Positions 12,103 through 23,759 are shown, counted from the stretch's first letter. The stretch is 64,000 bases of DNA from a virus (IMGVR_UViG_3300025018_000138:1-64000), one strand, 5' to 3'. Numbers and translations: made by a program. The notes: generated by a model not told the origin, from the letters alone.

Positions 12103-13734
12103 ATGATTTTAACATATTTAGAGTCACAAAAATTATTTTTATTTAAATGTACTTATGCACAAAGGGGTATACCAAGTAATGCAGGATTGCGATATGACCC
12201 TGTATTAAAATTATATACGACAAAAGACCCAGATAAAGCATATATATTAAGACAATATGCATCCAAATCTTTGGAAGAACGATTTGTTAAGTACGAAAGA
12301 TATTTAGCTAAGAAGATAAATGAATCTAGTGCTACATCAAGTACGTTAGTTATACCTAAAAATGATAATGGTAAAGACTTTTTTGAATATCAAACAGCAG
12401 GCATTGAATTTGCATCAACAAAGAATACATTGATAGCAGATGAGATGGGTTTGGGAAAATCGATTCAGGGTATAGGGTTAATTAATTTATTACCACCCAA
12501 TTTTAAACGTGTATTAATAATCTGTCCTAATACGGTTAAATTAAATTGGAAACGTGAACTTGAAAGTTGGTCTATTCATAAGGATAAATCTATCACTATA
12601 TCATCGGGTTCTACAATTGAAGTTGGGGATATTATGATTATGAATTTTGAAATATTTAAAAATAAGATTACTGATATAAAAAAATATAATCCATCATTAA
12701 GCTTTATTAATTTAGTTAAGAAATGGAAACATATAGATTTAATTATTATAGATGAATCACACCGATTGAAAAACTTCTCTGCTAATACTACTAAAAATAT
12801 TTTTAAATTAAAAAAGTTTGCTAAACATATTGTATCATTAACAGGTACACCAATTTTAAATAAACCCGAAGAATTATGGACAACAATTAAATTATTAGGA
12901 TATCAAAATGAATTTGGTAGAACAAAGGATAACTTTGTTAAAAGATATTGTGGAGCAACATTTGACCCAAGGTGGAATAAAATGGTATATAATTTAGATA
13001 ATGTACCTAAACATATCTTACGGGAATTACAGATAAAATTACGTAAGACATTTATGATTAGAAGATTAAAGTCTCAGGTATTAAATCTTCCACCTAAAAT
13101 TAGGTCATTAGTTCCTGTTGAAGTTAAATTAGATTTCTTAAAAAAATATTCTAATTTAGATAATTTTGTAAATGAGATATCAGGGATAGTACAATCTGAT
13201 GATATTAATTCTAATTTTCTATCGGGAGTTAAACCATCATTAATAGATGAATTATCTAAATTTAGAAAGGACACGGGTATTGCAAAAATTCCTGCGGTCA
13301 TAGAATTCGTTGGAGATATATTAGACCAAGATGAAAAAGTTGTTATATTTTGTCATCATAAAGATATTATAAATGAATATAAGAAACGATTCCCTGATGC
13401 AGTTATTATATATGGTGATACTCCGATGAAGGATAGACAACGTGCGATAGATGAATTTCAAACCAATCCTGATGTTAAAGTATTTATCGGGAACTTTGAT
13501 TCAGCAGGTGTGGGAATCACTTTAACGGCATCAACTAAAGTTGTAATGGCAGAGTTGTATTGGCATCCATTCATGATGTTACAAGCAGAAGATAGATGTT
13601 ACCGAATTGGTACAACTAATATGGTTAATGTATATTATATTGTTGCAGAAAATACATTAGATTCGTATATTGGACAAACAGTAGTTAGAAAATTAAACAT
13701 GTTTAAAAGCATAATAGAAACAGAAACACTATGA
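12103..13734 (+). CDS. SNF2/SF2 helicase (SMARCAL1/HARP-like)
   Basis: LIADEMGLGKS, IIDESH, SLTGTPILN, GITLT, QAEDRCYRIG. Confidence 0.92.
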   Translation: MILTYLESQKLFLFKCTYAQRGIPSNAGLRYDPVLKLYTTKDPDKAYILRQYASKSLEERFVKYERYLAKKINESSATSSTLVIPKNDNGKDFFEYQTAGIEFASTKNTLIADEMGLGKSIQGIGLINLLPPNFKRVLIICPNTVKLNWKRELESWSIHKDKSITISSGSTIEVGDIMIMNFEIFKNKITDIKKYNPSLSFINLVKKWKHIDLIIIDESHRLKNFSANTTKNIFKLKKFAKHIVSLTGTPILNKPEELWTTIKLLGYQNEFGRTKDNFVKRYCGATFDPRWNKMVYNLDNVPKHILRELQIKLRKTFMIRRLKSQVLNLPPKIRSLVPVEVKLDFLKKYSNLDNFVNEISGIVQSDDINSNFLSGVKPSLIDELSKFRKDTGIAKIPAVIEFVGDILDQDEKVVIFCHHKDIINEYKKRFPDAVIIYGDTPMKDRQRAIDEFQTNPDVKVFIGNFDSAGVGITLTASTKVVMAELYWHPFMMLQAEDRCYRIGTTNMVNVYYIVAENTLDSYIGQTVVRKLNMFKSIIETETL

Positions 13735-14026
13735 TAGAAATAACACCTGAAGAAGAAAAGAAATATATAAATGAAATTCGACATGGATATTCATTAGGAT
13801 TGTCAGCATTAGCATATTTGGATGATTTGTCTGAAACTGCATATAATAGAGTAAACAAAGCTATATTGACACTTAGTTTTTTTAAACACAGTGTATCAAT
13901 AAGTAATTCTAAATATGTTAAAATGGGATTCAACGATTTTATAAATACAAATAGTGAAATATTAAATAAACTTTATGCATTATTTAGAGATGTAGAAGAA
14001 GAAAAAAATAAAGTGAAAGCTTCTGC

Positions 14027-14620
14027 TTAAAAATCTATTATTATATAATCACCAGTTGGTGATTTTCTAATGTTTGCATAATGAATATCTCTTGGATAAA
14101 TTTGATATTTAACCAATGATTTTATTCCTTTATATATATCCGAAATGAATTTTTCTCCATCGGGAATTTTAGTTAATACTTCTTTTGCTTCATCATCCAT
14201 TGTGTTTTTAATATAATACAATGGGTCATTAACAAATGTCTTTTTAGCTATATGAGTCGTTATAGAAAATAAAACATTTTTAAATCTAATCAATTCTTGC
14301 TCAATTTTATCGGGCATATATTCTTGAACAATAACTGTAAATGAATAATCTCGTATCTTAATTGGCAATTTTTCTATAAAGATAATGTTTGCAACATTTT
14401 TTATTTTTTTATTTTGTATTAATTTAAATTTTTCTATTTCAACATCAAATGTCGAGGATATAATTTTTAATACATATTTATTATTTATTTTATAAACTTC
14501 GCTGTATAAACCCGAATCTAAATAACTAATATCTTCAATGGGTTCTAAATCTATATAAAATATATTAAAAATTTCAATAATTTTTTTTAACTCCGATTTT
14601 TTTAAACTGTATCTTTTCAT
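14027..14620 (-). CDS. Protein kinase-like protein
   Basis: Gly-loop LDSGLYSEVY, VLKI lysine, RDIHYANI catalytic loop, IIDF. Confidence 0.7.
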   Translation of the reverse strand: MKRYSLKKSELKKIIEIFNIFYIDLEPIEDISYLDSGLYSEVYKINNKYVLKIISSTFDVEIEKFKLIQNKKIKNVANIIFIEKLPIKIRDYSFTVIVQEYMPDKIEQELIRFKNVLFSITTHIAKKTFVNDPLYYIKNTMDDEAKEVLTKIPDGEKFISDIYKGIKSLVKYQIYPRDIHYANIRKSPTGDYIIIDF

Positions 14621-14622
14621 AT

Positions 14623-16038
14623 TTATGTTAATTTAAAATATTCTTTATTTAAAAATAATATTGCCCACATATTAGAACGATTATGGTGTTGTGATACTAT
14701 TTTAATGTATGCTATTAATTTTGAATTTGGTGTATAAATGTTAATCGTATCTTTCGGATGTACTAATACCATTAACATAGCGTCTTCTTCCGAAACTTTT
14801 CTTTCAATCCAAAGTTTAATTTTAATTTCTGGTCTAATAAAATCTTCGTCAAATGGAGTCTTATCTATTTTATATCCATAACCAATAAATTCACTATCAT
14901 TTATTATAGTAGTAGTATCATCATCATTACCTTTCATTTTATATGATTTTAAAAAGTTTTTAACTTGTTCCATAAATTTTTTATAACTTTTGGATTTATA
15001 TTTTTCTATATCCATTTGTATATTATCTAAATATGGTGGTGGCAAACTATATAACAATGTTAAATCATTCTTATCTTCTTCATAACTTACTTCATATTTA
15101 TCATCTATATAATCCCATACTGTTAATTTATCATCAGTTAATAAATCCGCAATCTTATTTGTTATAGACCCGATTATAATATCAGTAAAACCATATAACT
15201 TTTCTATAACGATTGTATCTTTGATTTGACGAACGATAAGTCTTACGATAGGTGTGAAGTCATGTGTCTTACCACAAACGTCTCTGAAGGGTTTCTTGTA
15301 GCCAATAAGTATGATTTTAGAATTGTTATCAAAGACATTCGATAACAGTTTAGTTGCATGAGTGAATTTATAATTTGGTGCATTTAAATTATATACATTT
15401 TGACATGAATCAAAAAATGGAGATACAGACATATACATAATGTCATCTGGCTTTGATGTAACTCTAAATGTCACTTTCTCTTTATTTATGTTGACCAATG
15501 ACATCACTTGATTGAAAAAATGCTGATGTAAATTTTGTATCGTGTTATAGTTATCCAATAATTCTTTAGCTACTTGTTTAAGCGAAGCGTATTTATAGAA
15601 ATCGGCAACTGATTTTAAGAATTTATACAATGATGTTTTGGTCTGATTTAAATAGGAATCCCTCGTAATCAATGGGTATTGTTTATCAAACATATTTAAT
15701 AATGTTATTTTTTTGTCACTGCTATATTCGACAAGAGTTTCTAACTGTGGAAATGATATCGTCATTTCAGCTACTAATCTATGTAATTTTCTATATTCTT
15801 CCCATAATGTTTTAAACGTATGATTATCATTAGTTTCAATATTCTTTAGTATTAGCCCTAAAATATCATTAGTTGATAATTCCCTAAGTGTGATAGGATA
15901 ATCTCCATCGGGTAAAGCAGGTATTTTATTCTGAGCTACATTTTGATTTAATATTTCTTCACCCCATACCTTTTTAACTAATGGATGTAACTCAGAATTT
16001 AATTCGTCTTTTAAAGATTCTAATAATAATTGTATCAT
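14623..16038 (-). CDS. Large hypothetical protein
   Basis: 471-aa intact ORF co-oriented with neighbours; no motif recognised. Confidence 0.7.
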   Translation of the reverse strand: MIQLLLESLKDELNSELHPLVKKVWGEEILNQNVAQNKIPALPDGDYPITLRELSTNDILGLILKNIETNDNHTFKTLWEEYRKLHRLVAEMTISFPQLETLVEYSSDKKITLLNMFDKQYPLITRDSYLNQTKTSLYKFLKSVADFYKYASLKQVAKELLDNYNTIQNLHQHFFNQVMSLVNINKEKVTFRVTSKPDDIMYMSVSPFFDSCQNVYNLNAPNYKFTHATKLLSNVFDNNSKIILIGYKKPFRDVCGKTHDFTPIVRLIVRQIKDTIVIEKLYGFTDIIIGSITNKIADLLTDDKLTVWDYIDDKYEVSYEEDKNDLTLLYSLPPPYLDNIQMDIEKYKSKSYKKFMEQVKNFLKSYKMKGNDDDTTTIINDSEFIGYGYKIDKTPFDEDFIRPEIKIKLWIERKVSEEDAMLMVLVHPKDTINIYTPNSKLIAYIKIVSQHHNRSNMWAILFLNKEYFKLT

Positions 16039-16936
16039 ATTAATATAATTATATTATTTATTGAATAACCGTTTAAAAAACCCTCTATTTTCTAATAAAT
16101 GTATTTTTGTAGATAATTCATCAATACGATTGTTTAGCCATACAATTTCTTTTTTCAATTCATCATTTCTTTTAACATGATTTTCATATAATTTAGCAAG
16201 AGATGATATTGTATCATCTTGTCTACTGATTGATGATAAATCCACCCGTTTGTTATCCGATTTTTCCATAATATAATCCTTTCATAAATAAAAAATGAGA
16301 TATTACCTATCTCATTTATGTTTATATATTAATTATATGCTTCTTTTAGAATAACATCATAATGGTTGGATTTAGTAACTCTCCCATCTGAATGGTGTGA
16401 TATGTATGATAATGGAAAATCGTGTTTTAACTTATCAACTCTGTCTTTCCAACGATGATTTTGTAACGTATGATATTTGTAATATAATAAAGCAGTCCAA
16501 TAAGAATCTGGTTCATCAGTATGTAAAAATATACAAAATTGTTTTTTAAATAATACCAATGAAAACAAAGGTGCATATTCATATCTATAATCTATATCTG
16601 ACCATTTTGTTTTCCACCCTAATCCCACAAAATCAATTCCAAACCAAACTTTGGCTTTAAATGTATAATGAGTTTTGTCATCTGACAATATCATTTTTCG
16701 AGGATAAAAATAAGGTGTACCCATTTCTATATTTCCAAAATAAAATTTTAATTTGGGTCTTTTAAAAGGAGAAAAAAAAGCATGAAATAAAATATTCATA
16801 TTGTTATTCGCAAAATTTATTAACTACCATTTTTAGCATACTTTTATAATGACTTTCCGTAATTTTACATAGTAAATAATCTGTTGACATACTTATTAAT
16901 AGTTCGGCATATTTTTGTTTTTCTTGTTCATTCATG

Positions 16937-17500
16937 TTATTTTATATATTTAGTTCTAATGTTATTTAAATGTTCTCTCGACATCGTTATACCTGTATCG
17001 TTAATTGATAAAAATAGTTTAATTTTTTCATCCACATCATCGGTTTTATATTCAGCAACAGATATAGTTGCATTATTAAATCTATATTTTAATTTAACAT
17101 CTAATTCACTATAATAATATCCACGGTATTTCCACCTATCTAAATAAAAATCTATTAATGTAGATAATCGTTGTTTACCATCTAATATTTCATATTCTAC
17201 CGTGGTTTGTTTAGAATATTCATATGAATGGTCAATTATAACTATTTTACCAATATCTGTTCCTTCTAATACTGATGTAATAAAATCTTCTTTGTCTTTA
17301 TTTGACCACACCAAATCTCTTTGATATTCAGGGTCGAGGTTTACATTCCATGTAAAATAATGAGATAATAAACCATCAATAGATTTTTTACTATATTGTA
17401 AATTGTAATTATTATCTTTAATATTAAAGTATACAGTTTGAACATTAGTTTTATATATTTCATACCACATCCATCTATTTATACTCGTATTTGCATTCAT
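16937..17500 (-). CDS. DUF262 / ParB-like (GmrS-type) domain protein
   Basis: PEYQRDLVW and ILDGKQRLSTL motifs. Confidence 0.85.
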   Translation of the reverse strand: MNANTSINRWMWYEIYKTNVQTVYFNIKDNNYNLQYSKKSIDGLLSHYFTWNVNLDPEYQRDLVWSNKDKEDFITSVLEGTDIGKIVIIDHSYEYSKQTTVEYEILDGKQRLSTLIDFYLDRWKYRGYYYSELDVKLKYRFNNATISVAEYKTDDVDEKIKLFLSINDTGITMSREHLNNIRTKYIK

Positions 17501-17661
17501 ACATTTCGCATTAATATATGGTCATGTAAAAGATGATAAGAATTTATGTTAAATAATAGAAATTATATGAAACTTTTTCTATTATTTCAAATAATATACT
17601 AAATTTATTTTAAAAAACAAAATTTATTTATAATTAAAGTCTATAAGACCAAAATTAATAA

Positions 17662-18909
17662 ATGCAACTATCGGAACGACATATTATCAAAGAAGACCAT
17701 CTTTATTTTAAAGAATGTGATAACATTACTTTTAAATCAAAGAACCTTTATAATTCCTGTCTATATACCATAAGACAACCATTTATAAATGATAATGTCA
17801 ATGTTTCATTCGATTTGCATCATTTAATTAAAAACCATGAAGCATATAAAGAACTTCCTGCTAAAGTATCTTCGAGTGTTATTCTAATGGTTCAAAAGAA
17901 TTTTAAATCTTATTTTAAAGCTACTTCTGCGTTTTACAAAACACCAGAAAAATTTAAAGGGAAACCCAAATTACCTTATTATTTAAACAAATTAGATGGT
18001 AGATTTGTCGCTTCATACACGAATCAAGCTATTTCCAAAATTTCTTTCAATAAATACAAAAAGATTAAACTATCTAATACAAATATCGAATTAAATACAA
18101 AAATTAAACAATTTACTGATATAGATTGTGTTAGAATTGTACCTAAACTTGGATATTTTGTTATTGAAGTTATTTATACTATCCCCGATACTCCTTTATT
18201 GGAAGATAATAACAACTATTTAGGAATAGATTTGGGAATAAATAACTTAGCTACATTATCATCAAATGAAAAAAGTTTTAAACCAATAATAATCAATGGC
18301 AAACCATTAAAGTCGATAAACCAATTTTATAATAAAAAGTTATCAAAGATAAAATCGACATTAGAAGTAAGAAATAAAAAAAGTAAAAGTAAAAAACTTT
18401 ATAAGTTAACTAATAAAAGACATTTTAAAGTGGAAACTTATTTACATAAAGCAAGCAAAGAAATTGTTAAATTAGCAAAAAACAATAACATAAATACAAT
18501 AATCGTTGGAAAAAACGAACAATGGAAACAAAATATTAACATCGGTAAAGTTAATAATCAAAAATTTGTTTCCATTCCTCATAGTAGATTTATAGAAATG
18601 ATACAATATAAATGCGAAAAAGAGGGTTTAAACTTCAAAATAAATGAAGAAAGTTATACATCAAAAGCATCATTCTTAGATTTAGATGAAATTCCTACTT
18701 ATAATTCAAAAAATAAGGAAACTTATAATTTCTCAGGATATAGAAAATATCGTGGATTATATAAATCAAAAATAACAGGAAAACAGATAAATGCTGATGT
18801 GAATGGAAGTTATAATATAATAAGAAAAGCAATTCCAAATGTCTTTAAAAACGATGGAATAGAGGGTGTAGGAGTACACCCAATAATCAAACAAATAAGT
18901 TTTAATTAA
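17662..18909 (+). mobile_element. tnpB: IS200/IS605-family TnpB RNA-guided endonuclease, no TnpA nearby
   Basis: LGIDLGINN (RuvC I), NEESYTSKAS, INADVNGSYNI (RuvC III); inserted opposite to flanking genes. Confidence 0.92.
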
Positions 18910-18929
18910 TTTTTTTGTTCCATTATAAA

Positions 18930-18964
18930 AATTTACCATAGATTTCTATGATAAGTTATACTCT
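18930..18964 (+). repeat. 35-bp element just downstream of tnpB (candidate IS right end); inverted copy at 34558-34592
   Basis: aatttaccatagatttctatgataagttatactct; 33/35 identical to the reverse complement of 34558-34592; internal CATAG/CTATG hairpin. Confidence 0.75.
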
Positions 18965-19639
18965 TATATATTCCATGTTGGGTAATGACATGTTATTAAT
19001 CCCACCAATTTCTACAATCTGAATCGGATATGGTATCATCGCCAAATAATAAACATTTAAGTTCATTCCATTCATCTTGTTCCAATTTACATGCTTTATC
19101 GAATACTTGTCTATTATGTTCTTGTACTTCTTCCGAAGCTAATGATTGCATTACTTCAACTTTACGATTTTCCAATATCATTTCTACCCACTCGTAATCC
19201 TCTTGAACATGACCACTTCGTTCTAAGTAATCTCCATTATAGATATTTTCTATAATTTCTATTACACGTTTGATATTTGGAATAGTTTTTTCAGCTTTGA
19301 ATGTATTTTTACCCATCCACTTTAACGTTTCAGTTAAATGTGCATGAACATAATATGTCCAATCGTCACCATTGAATGTATATGGAATTTTACCACTTTT
19401 AATCATGTTTCTCCACACCTTGAATGAAGCATAGATATTTTTTAATTTATCTAATTCATCAAAAGGTAAATATATAACTGATATATAAACATTAGAATAA
19501 AATTTTGGATATTTTTTGAATAACCAATCCTCAAATTTTTCCCTCAATCTTTTATAGATTGATTCTTTAAATACAGTAATATTTTTTATATCAACTGTTT
19601 CCATTGGTTCATCGGATGTAATTACTAATTTTTCTTTTT

Positions 19640-20011
19640 TCATAATATATTCCTATGTTCTAATTCTTGTTCAACTTTTAACCAATCCACTACGTATTCC
19701 AAATGTACATTCTGAATCATTGGACAAACCGCAGAAGGTAAATCATCTATAAAAAATTCTGTTTCTGTCGGCGGCGTTGGAGTCAATTTATAATCACATA
19801 TATGAAATACATGAATATTATTAGTAGATAAATAATTTACCGCATCAAATAATGAATGTGTACTCAATTGTGAACGCATGGTGTTTAGATATATATCCAC
19901 TTTTTTATCTTGCAACCGTTTTAAAACACGTATTGCATGTTCAACAGGAATTCCAATTACAGGATACCTATGTGATACTACTGTACCATCAAAGTCTAAA
20001 AATATTTTCAT
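19640..20011 (-). CDS. HAD-superfamily hydrolase-like protein (related to 10441-10881)
   Basis: LDFDGTVV, LNTMR, FIDD, final VDW motif shared with 10441-10881. Confidence 0.7.
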   Translation of the reverse strand: MKIFLDFDGTVVSHRYPVIGIPVEHAIRVLKRLQDKKVDIYLNTMRSQLSTHSLFDAVNYLSTNNIHVFHICDYKLTPTPPTETEFFIDDLPSAVCPMIQNVHLEYVVDWLKVEQELEHRNIL

Positions 20012-21102
20012 TTATTTCTTTCAAATCTGTTAAAGTTAAATTTGGAATTTCTATTAGAAATAGATTTTCTAGGAGTTTTATGAATTTTTTAATTTTATTA
20101 TTTCTAACTACTCCGTTTATTTTTTATTCCTAATAAATCTCAAATTTGGTCTATGATGATATGGTGCAATATATGTTAAATAATCAATCGGGAGTTTGTG
20201 TTTAACTAAGTTTGGATATTGAATATTATTCCTATTATATAATAGGAATAATATAAAACAAAAACCGATGCAAAAATATATAAAGTCTATCATGATTAGT
20301 TCTCCGAAAATTCTAAAGGTAAAAGTTCATAACCAAAATTTTTGATAAGGTAGTAACATCCATCAATCTTAACTACATCACCACTTGATATAGATGAATG
20401 AGTCGCATTTATCTCACCACTTTTAATTTTATCAGAGATAACCGATGGATATGACCCAATGTTATGTGATTTAATTATTTGATTAATAATGTTCTCAATA
20501 GTATCGTCAAATTTCAAATCAGTAGTAACTACTGCATAATGTGATAGTTGAGGACTGATATCCTCTTTAGTATTCAAATCTATAAATTTGTCTGTGATAC
20601 TAAAAAATCTAGTGCTACACGTGTTGTTGGTATATAAAACTGATACTGATGTCATAAGAAACTCCAATGGGTTAGTGTTGATTACATTCATAATATACAC
20701 TCTTTAAAGTAATGTCAATAGTTTAATTTAATTATTTTATCATATCATAATTAGCCTACCATATCATTGTCATCGATATACATAGTTAAAAACGCAATGG
20801 GATTTGGATATTTATCAAAATCACAACCCCTATTTTCCAAAGCTGATGTAAAAAATTTAACCAAATCTCCATGTTGTTTTTTCCAGTGTTCAAGTAATTT
20901 AATTCTATTAAACGATTTTAACCTACCCAATTGGCGAGATTTATGTTGTTCCATCGTTATAGATTTAGTTTTATAACCTTTAGGTACATAAATAAAATAT
21001 AGATTAAATAATTTATCTAATGTGAATATTTCTATTTTAGTTTCCATATGTTCTACAGTTTTATTTGATGCAGTCATATTTTCTTAATTTAAATTTGGTT
21101 TT

Positions 21103-21936
21103 TCATTTATTAGTTGGGATTAATTTCATACCATAATTATCAATTTCATCTGATAATTCTAAACCATCGATACGAATCAATTTATTATTTTTAAAAGGTT
21201 TATAATTTACTTCATGATGCCATCTATCATATCTCCAAACCTTTTTAACGACATCGGGGTGTTGAGACACTAAAGAGTCTACGAATTCACTTCTATGCTC
21301 ATCAGCTTCATATATGGGAGTATTACCACCACTTGTAGTCATTGTTGCATCTTTATCACCTGAGAATGCATTAAAGTTTACCGTACAATATCCATCTTTA
21401 AGCATACGTAAACAAATATCAGTATCATCATTGAAAATACCTCTCCATTTATAAGGGAGTTCATTGTTTACTAAACTCATAGAATATACTCTACTGTTTA
21501 AAATATATGGTGGTCTACCATCAGGTATAGCATAATTCATATAGTTCAACCCTGCCATAGAAACATTAGTATATCTATCAACAAAATCTTCTACGCATCT
21601 AAATATCACATGTGTTAATACTTTATTCCTTTTATTGTTATTTAATCTATAAAAAGCTTTAACATTATCATCAAATTGCCAATGTCTTTTATGACCTTCT
21701 GATATTGAATGTTCTTTAATCCAATTCCTTGTAGTTACTAATTGGCTTGATTCATTCGGTTTTGAATAAGGCAAAACCAATATTTGATTATCACTTAATA
21801 CGGTTTTATATAACTCATATTCTTGTGGTTCAATTACTACTCTAAAATCTGCATTCATTTCTAATAATGCATTTACAGTTTTTCTAGAATTAAATCTACC
21901 TTTAGTTGGTATATAAATTGGATATTTATTCTTCAT
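21103..21936 (-). CDS. TET-associated glycosyltransferase-like (TAGT/GREB1-like) protein
   Basis: PIYIPTKGR, RNWI, WQFDDN, WRGIFNDDTD, GGNT pattern of the phage TAGT family. Confidence 0.7.
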   Translation of the reverse strand: MKNKYPIYIPTKGRFNSRKTVNALLEMNADFRVVIEPQEYELYKTVLSDNQILVLPYSKPNESSQLVTTRNWIKEHSISEGHKRHWQFDDNVKAFYRLNNNKRNKVLTHVIFRCVEDFVDRYTNVSMAGLNYMNYAIPDGRPPYILNSRVYSMSLVNNELPYKWRGIFNDDTDICLRMLKDGYCTVNFNAFSGDKDATMTTSGGNTPIYEADEHRSEFVDSLVSQHPDVVKKVWRYDRWHHEVNYKPFKNNKLIRIDGLELSDEIDNYGMKLIPTNK

Positions 21937-22195
21937 CTTCAGATATGTATACGAATTCAGATGGTCGTGGGTCTAATGGATACCAAGTAGTATAATTATT
22001 TTTAACTTGTTTTCCATCGATAACTCTTTTTCCATTATACAATTGTTCTTTTACAATTGCCATGAACGAATCATAATCATCTTTATTTTTAAATTTAAAA
22101 GTTACTGTGACTTCGGGGTCGTTTGGTTTTTCATTTATATATTCAGGCATATTGAGCCACTCATCTTTCCAATTGTGTGTTTCATGTTTTGACAT
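21926..22195 (-). CDS. Small protein overlapping the start of the TAGT-like gene
   Basis: EWLNMPEY...FKNKDD...TTWYP; overlaps start of 21103-21936. Confidence 0.55.
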   Translation of the reverse strand: MSKHETHNWKDEWLNMPEYINEKPNDPEVTVTFKFKNKDDYDSFMAIVKEQLYNGKRVIDGKQVKNNYTTWYPLDPRPSEFVYISEDEE

Positions 22196-23075
22196 ATTTT
22201 ATGAATATTTTTTTTGTAATTCTGCTAATAGTTTTAATTCTCGTTCTTTGTCTTTTTCTAGTTTTGTATGTTCTTCTTTAAGACGAAGTGTATATTCGTC
22301 ATCCGTTTCATATCTTTCTGAATAAAACTGAACAATTATTCTACCATCCGACCTAGTATACAAAGATGTATGGGTAGCACCCATTAGTTCTGCATCATCT
22401 AAATCTTTTCTAATATCATGTATTGTTTTATTTGCATACGTGTCCCACTCAGGATATATATTGAGATTAAATCGTTTAAGTTGTTTCATTTCTGTTCCGT
22501 ATGCATAACAAACATATCATATAGTTGTCGTATTGAAATTTCGGGGTTCTTTGGATATCTAGATACTTTAGGCATCTCAGGATTCCATTCTTGCGTTGGT
22601 ATATTTCTAAGATTTCTTAATACATAGTAAATAAATGCAGTAGGCATATCGTATTCGGGTAATTCCTCAACTTGTTTACCAAATGACCATTTACAATGTT
22701 TAGTATAATATCCATATTTCCAACACTCCGTTGGATGAATACCAATCAGTACTTCTTTTAAATCAGTCCATCTATATAATTCGGATTCATATGTTGCATT
22801 TAAAATTATTACATATACATCAACATAATTATGTGGGTCATAATCATCTAATTTTAAAATTTGTTTTAAATCTTCCCAAACATCATCAGTTTTTTTATAC
22901 CAACCTTTAGCATAAAGAATTACATGTGTTAATTTAAATTTATTTTTCATGATATTAAATATTATTTGGTGACATTAAGATGACTGTACCCACCCATGAT
23001 GTTATGTTTAATTTTACTAATTTTACAGCACTTGACATGTTTTAAATTTTAAAAGTTATTTGTTTAGTTTTAGTT

Positions 23076-23104
23076 AATATACTTAAACAGACAATAAATG
23101 TCAA
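23076..23104 (-). promoter_or_regulatory. Promoter TTGACA-N17-TATATT
   Basis: Consensus match with 17-nt spacer. Confidence 0.65.
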
Positions 23105-23123
23105 TACGAAATTTTAAAAAATG

Positions 23124-23200
23124 TACCCACGACAAGATTCGAATCTTGTATGTATCCATTACACTTTCGACACGTTCGTAGCGTGAGGTGATACGTGGGC
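23124..23200 (-). tRNA. Non-canonical tRNA-Arg(ACG)-like gene, copy 1 (anticodon arm precedes D-like arm)
   Basis: GCCCACG/CGTGGGT acceptor; CACG-CTACGAA-CGTG anticodon arm; then GTGT-AATGGAT-ACAT; T arm ACAAG-ATTCGAAT-CTTGT. Confidence 0.75.
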
Positions 23201-23201
23201 A

Positions 23202-23237
23202 TATGTTTTTATCACCATTCCTCGTCCAATCGAGTCT
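23202..23237 (-). repeat. 36-bp exact repeat, copy 1 (copy 2 at 24464-24499)
   Basis: Minus strand AGACTCGATTGGACGAGGAATGGTGATAAAAACATA is identical at both sites. Confidence 0.9.
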
Positions 23238-23258
23238 AAAACTATGACATTTGATAAA

Positions 23259-23585
23259 TTATCTAAATGTAATAGTTTTAGTTTCAATTGGACTTCCATC
23301 GGAATTCTTTTCAACAATGTTTAATTCTCTTTCCATTTCCCATAAAAGTTCTTCCATTTTAAGTTGTAACTGCTGTACCTTGTTGTAATCAATTTGTCTT
23401 GATGGTGTCATTTTATTTTGTGTTTGTTTAACACAATTTGGACTTGCACCTGATAACAATGCAATTGATAGCAGTGTTCTGAAATTTGAATGTTCACTTC
23501 CAATACCTCTATCATTTGATAATGATATTGATAAGTTTACTTTTTGTTTTTTAACTTCTATTTTGTCAAGAGAAACGGCTTTCAT
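23259..23585 (-). CDS. Hypothetical protein between the duplicated tRNA-Arg(ACG)-like genes
   Basis: 108-aa ORF preceded by promoter at 23627-23655. Confidence 0.6.
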   Translation of the reverse strand: MKAVSLDKIEVKKQKVNLSISLSNDRGIGSEHSNFRTLLSIALLSGASPNCVKQTQNKMTPSRQIDYNKVQQLQLKMEELLWEMERELNIVEKNSDGSPIETKTITFR

Positions 23586-23626
23586 ATTTTTAATCCTTTG
23601 TGTGTTTGGTTACTTACTACATCACT

Positions 23627-23655
23627 AATATACAAACAAAAACATCAAAAGTCAA
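23627..23655 (-). promoter_or_regulatory. Promoter TTGACT-N17-TATATT
   Basis: Consensus match with 17-nt spacer. Confidence 0.65.
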
Positions 23656-23682
23656 CCCTTTTTATTAAAATTTTAAAAAATG

Positions 23683-23759
23683 TACCCACGACAAGATTCG
23701 AATCTTGTATGTATCCATTACACTTTCGACACGTTCGTAGCGTGAGGTGATACATGGGC
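23683..23759 (-). tRNA. Non-canonical tRNA-Arg(ACG)-like gene, copy 2
   Basis: Identical to copy 1 except C6>T, which gives a T-G pair in the acceptor stem. Confidence 0.75.
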
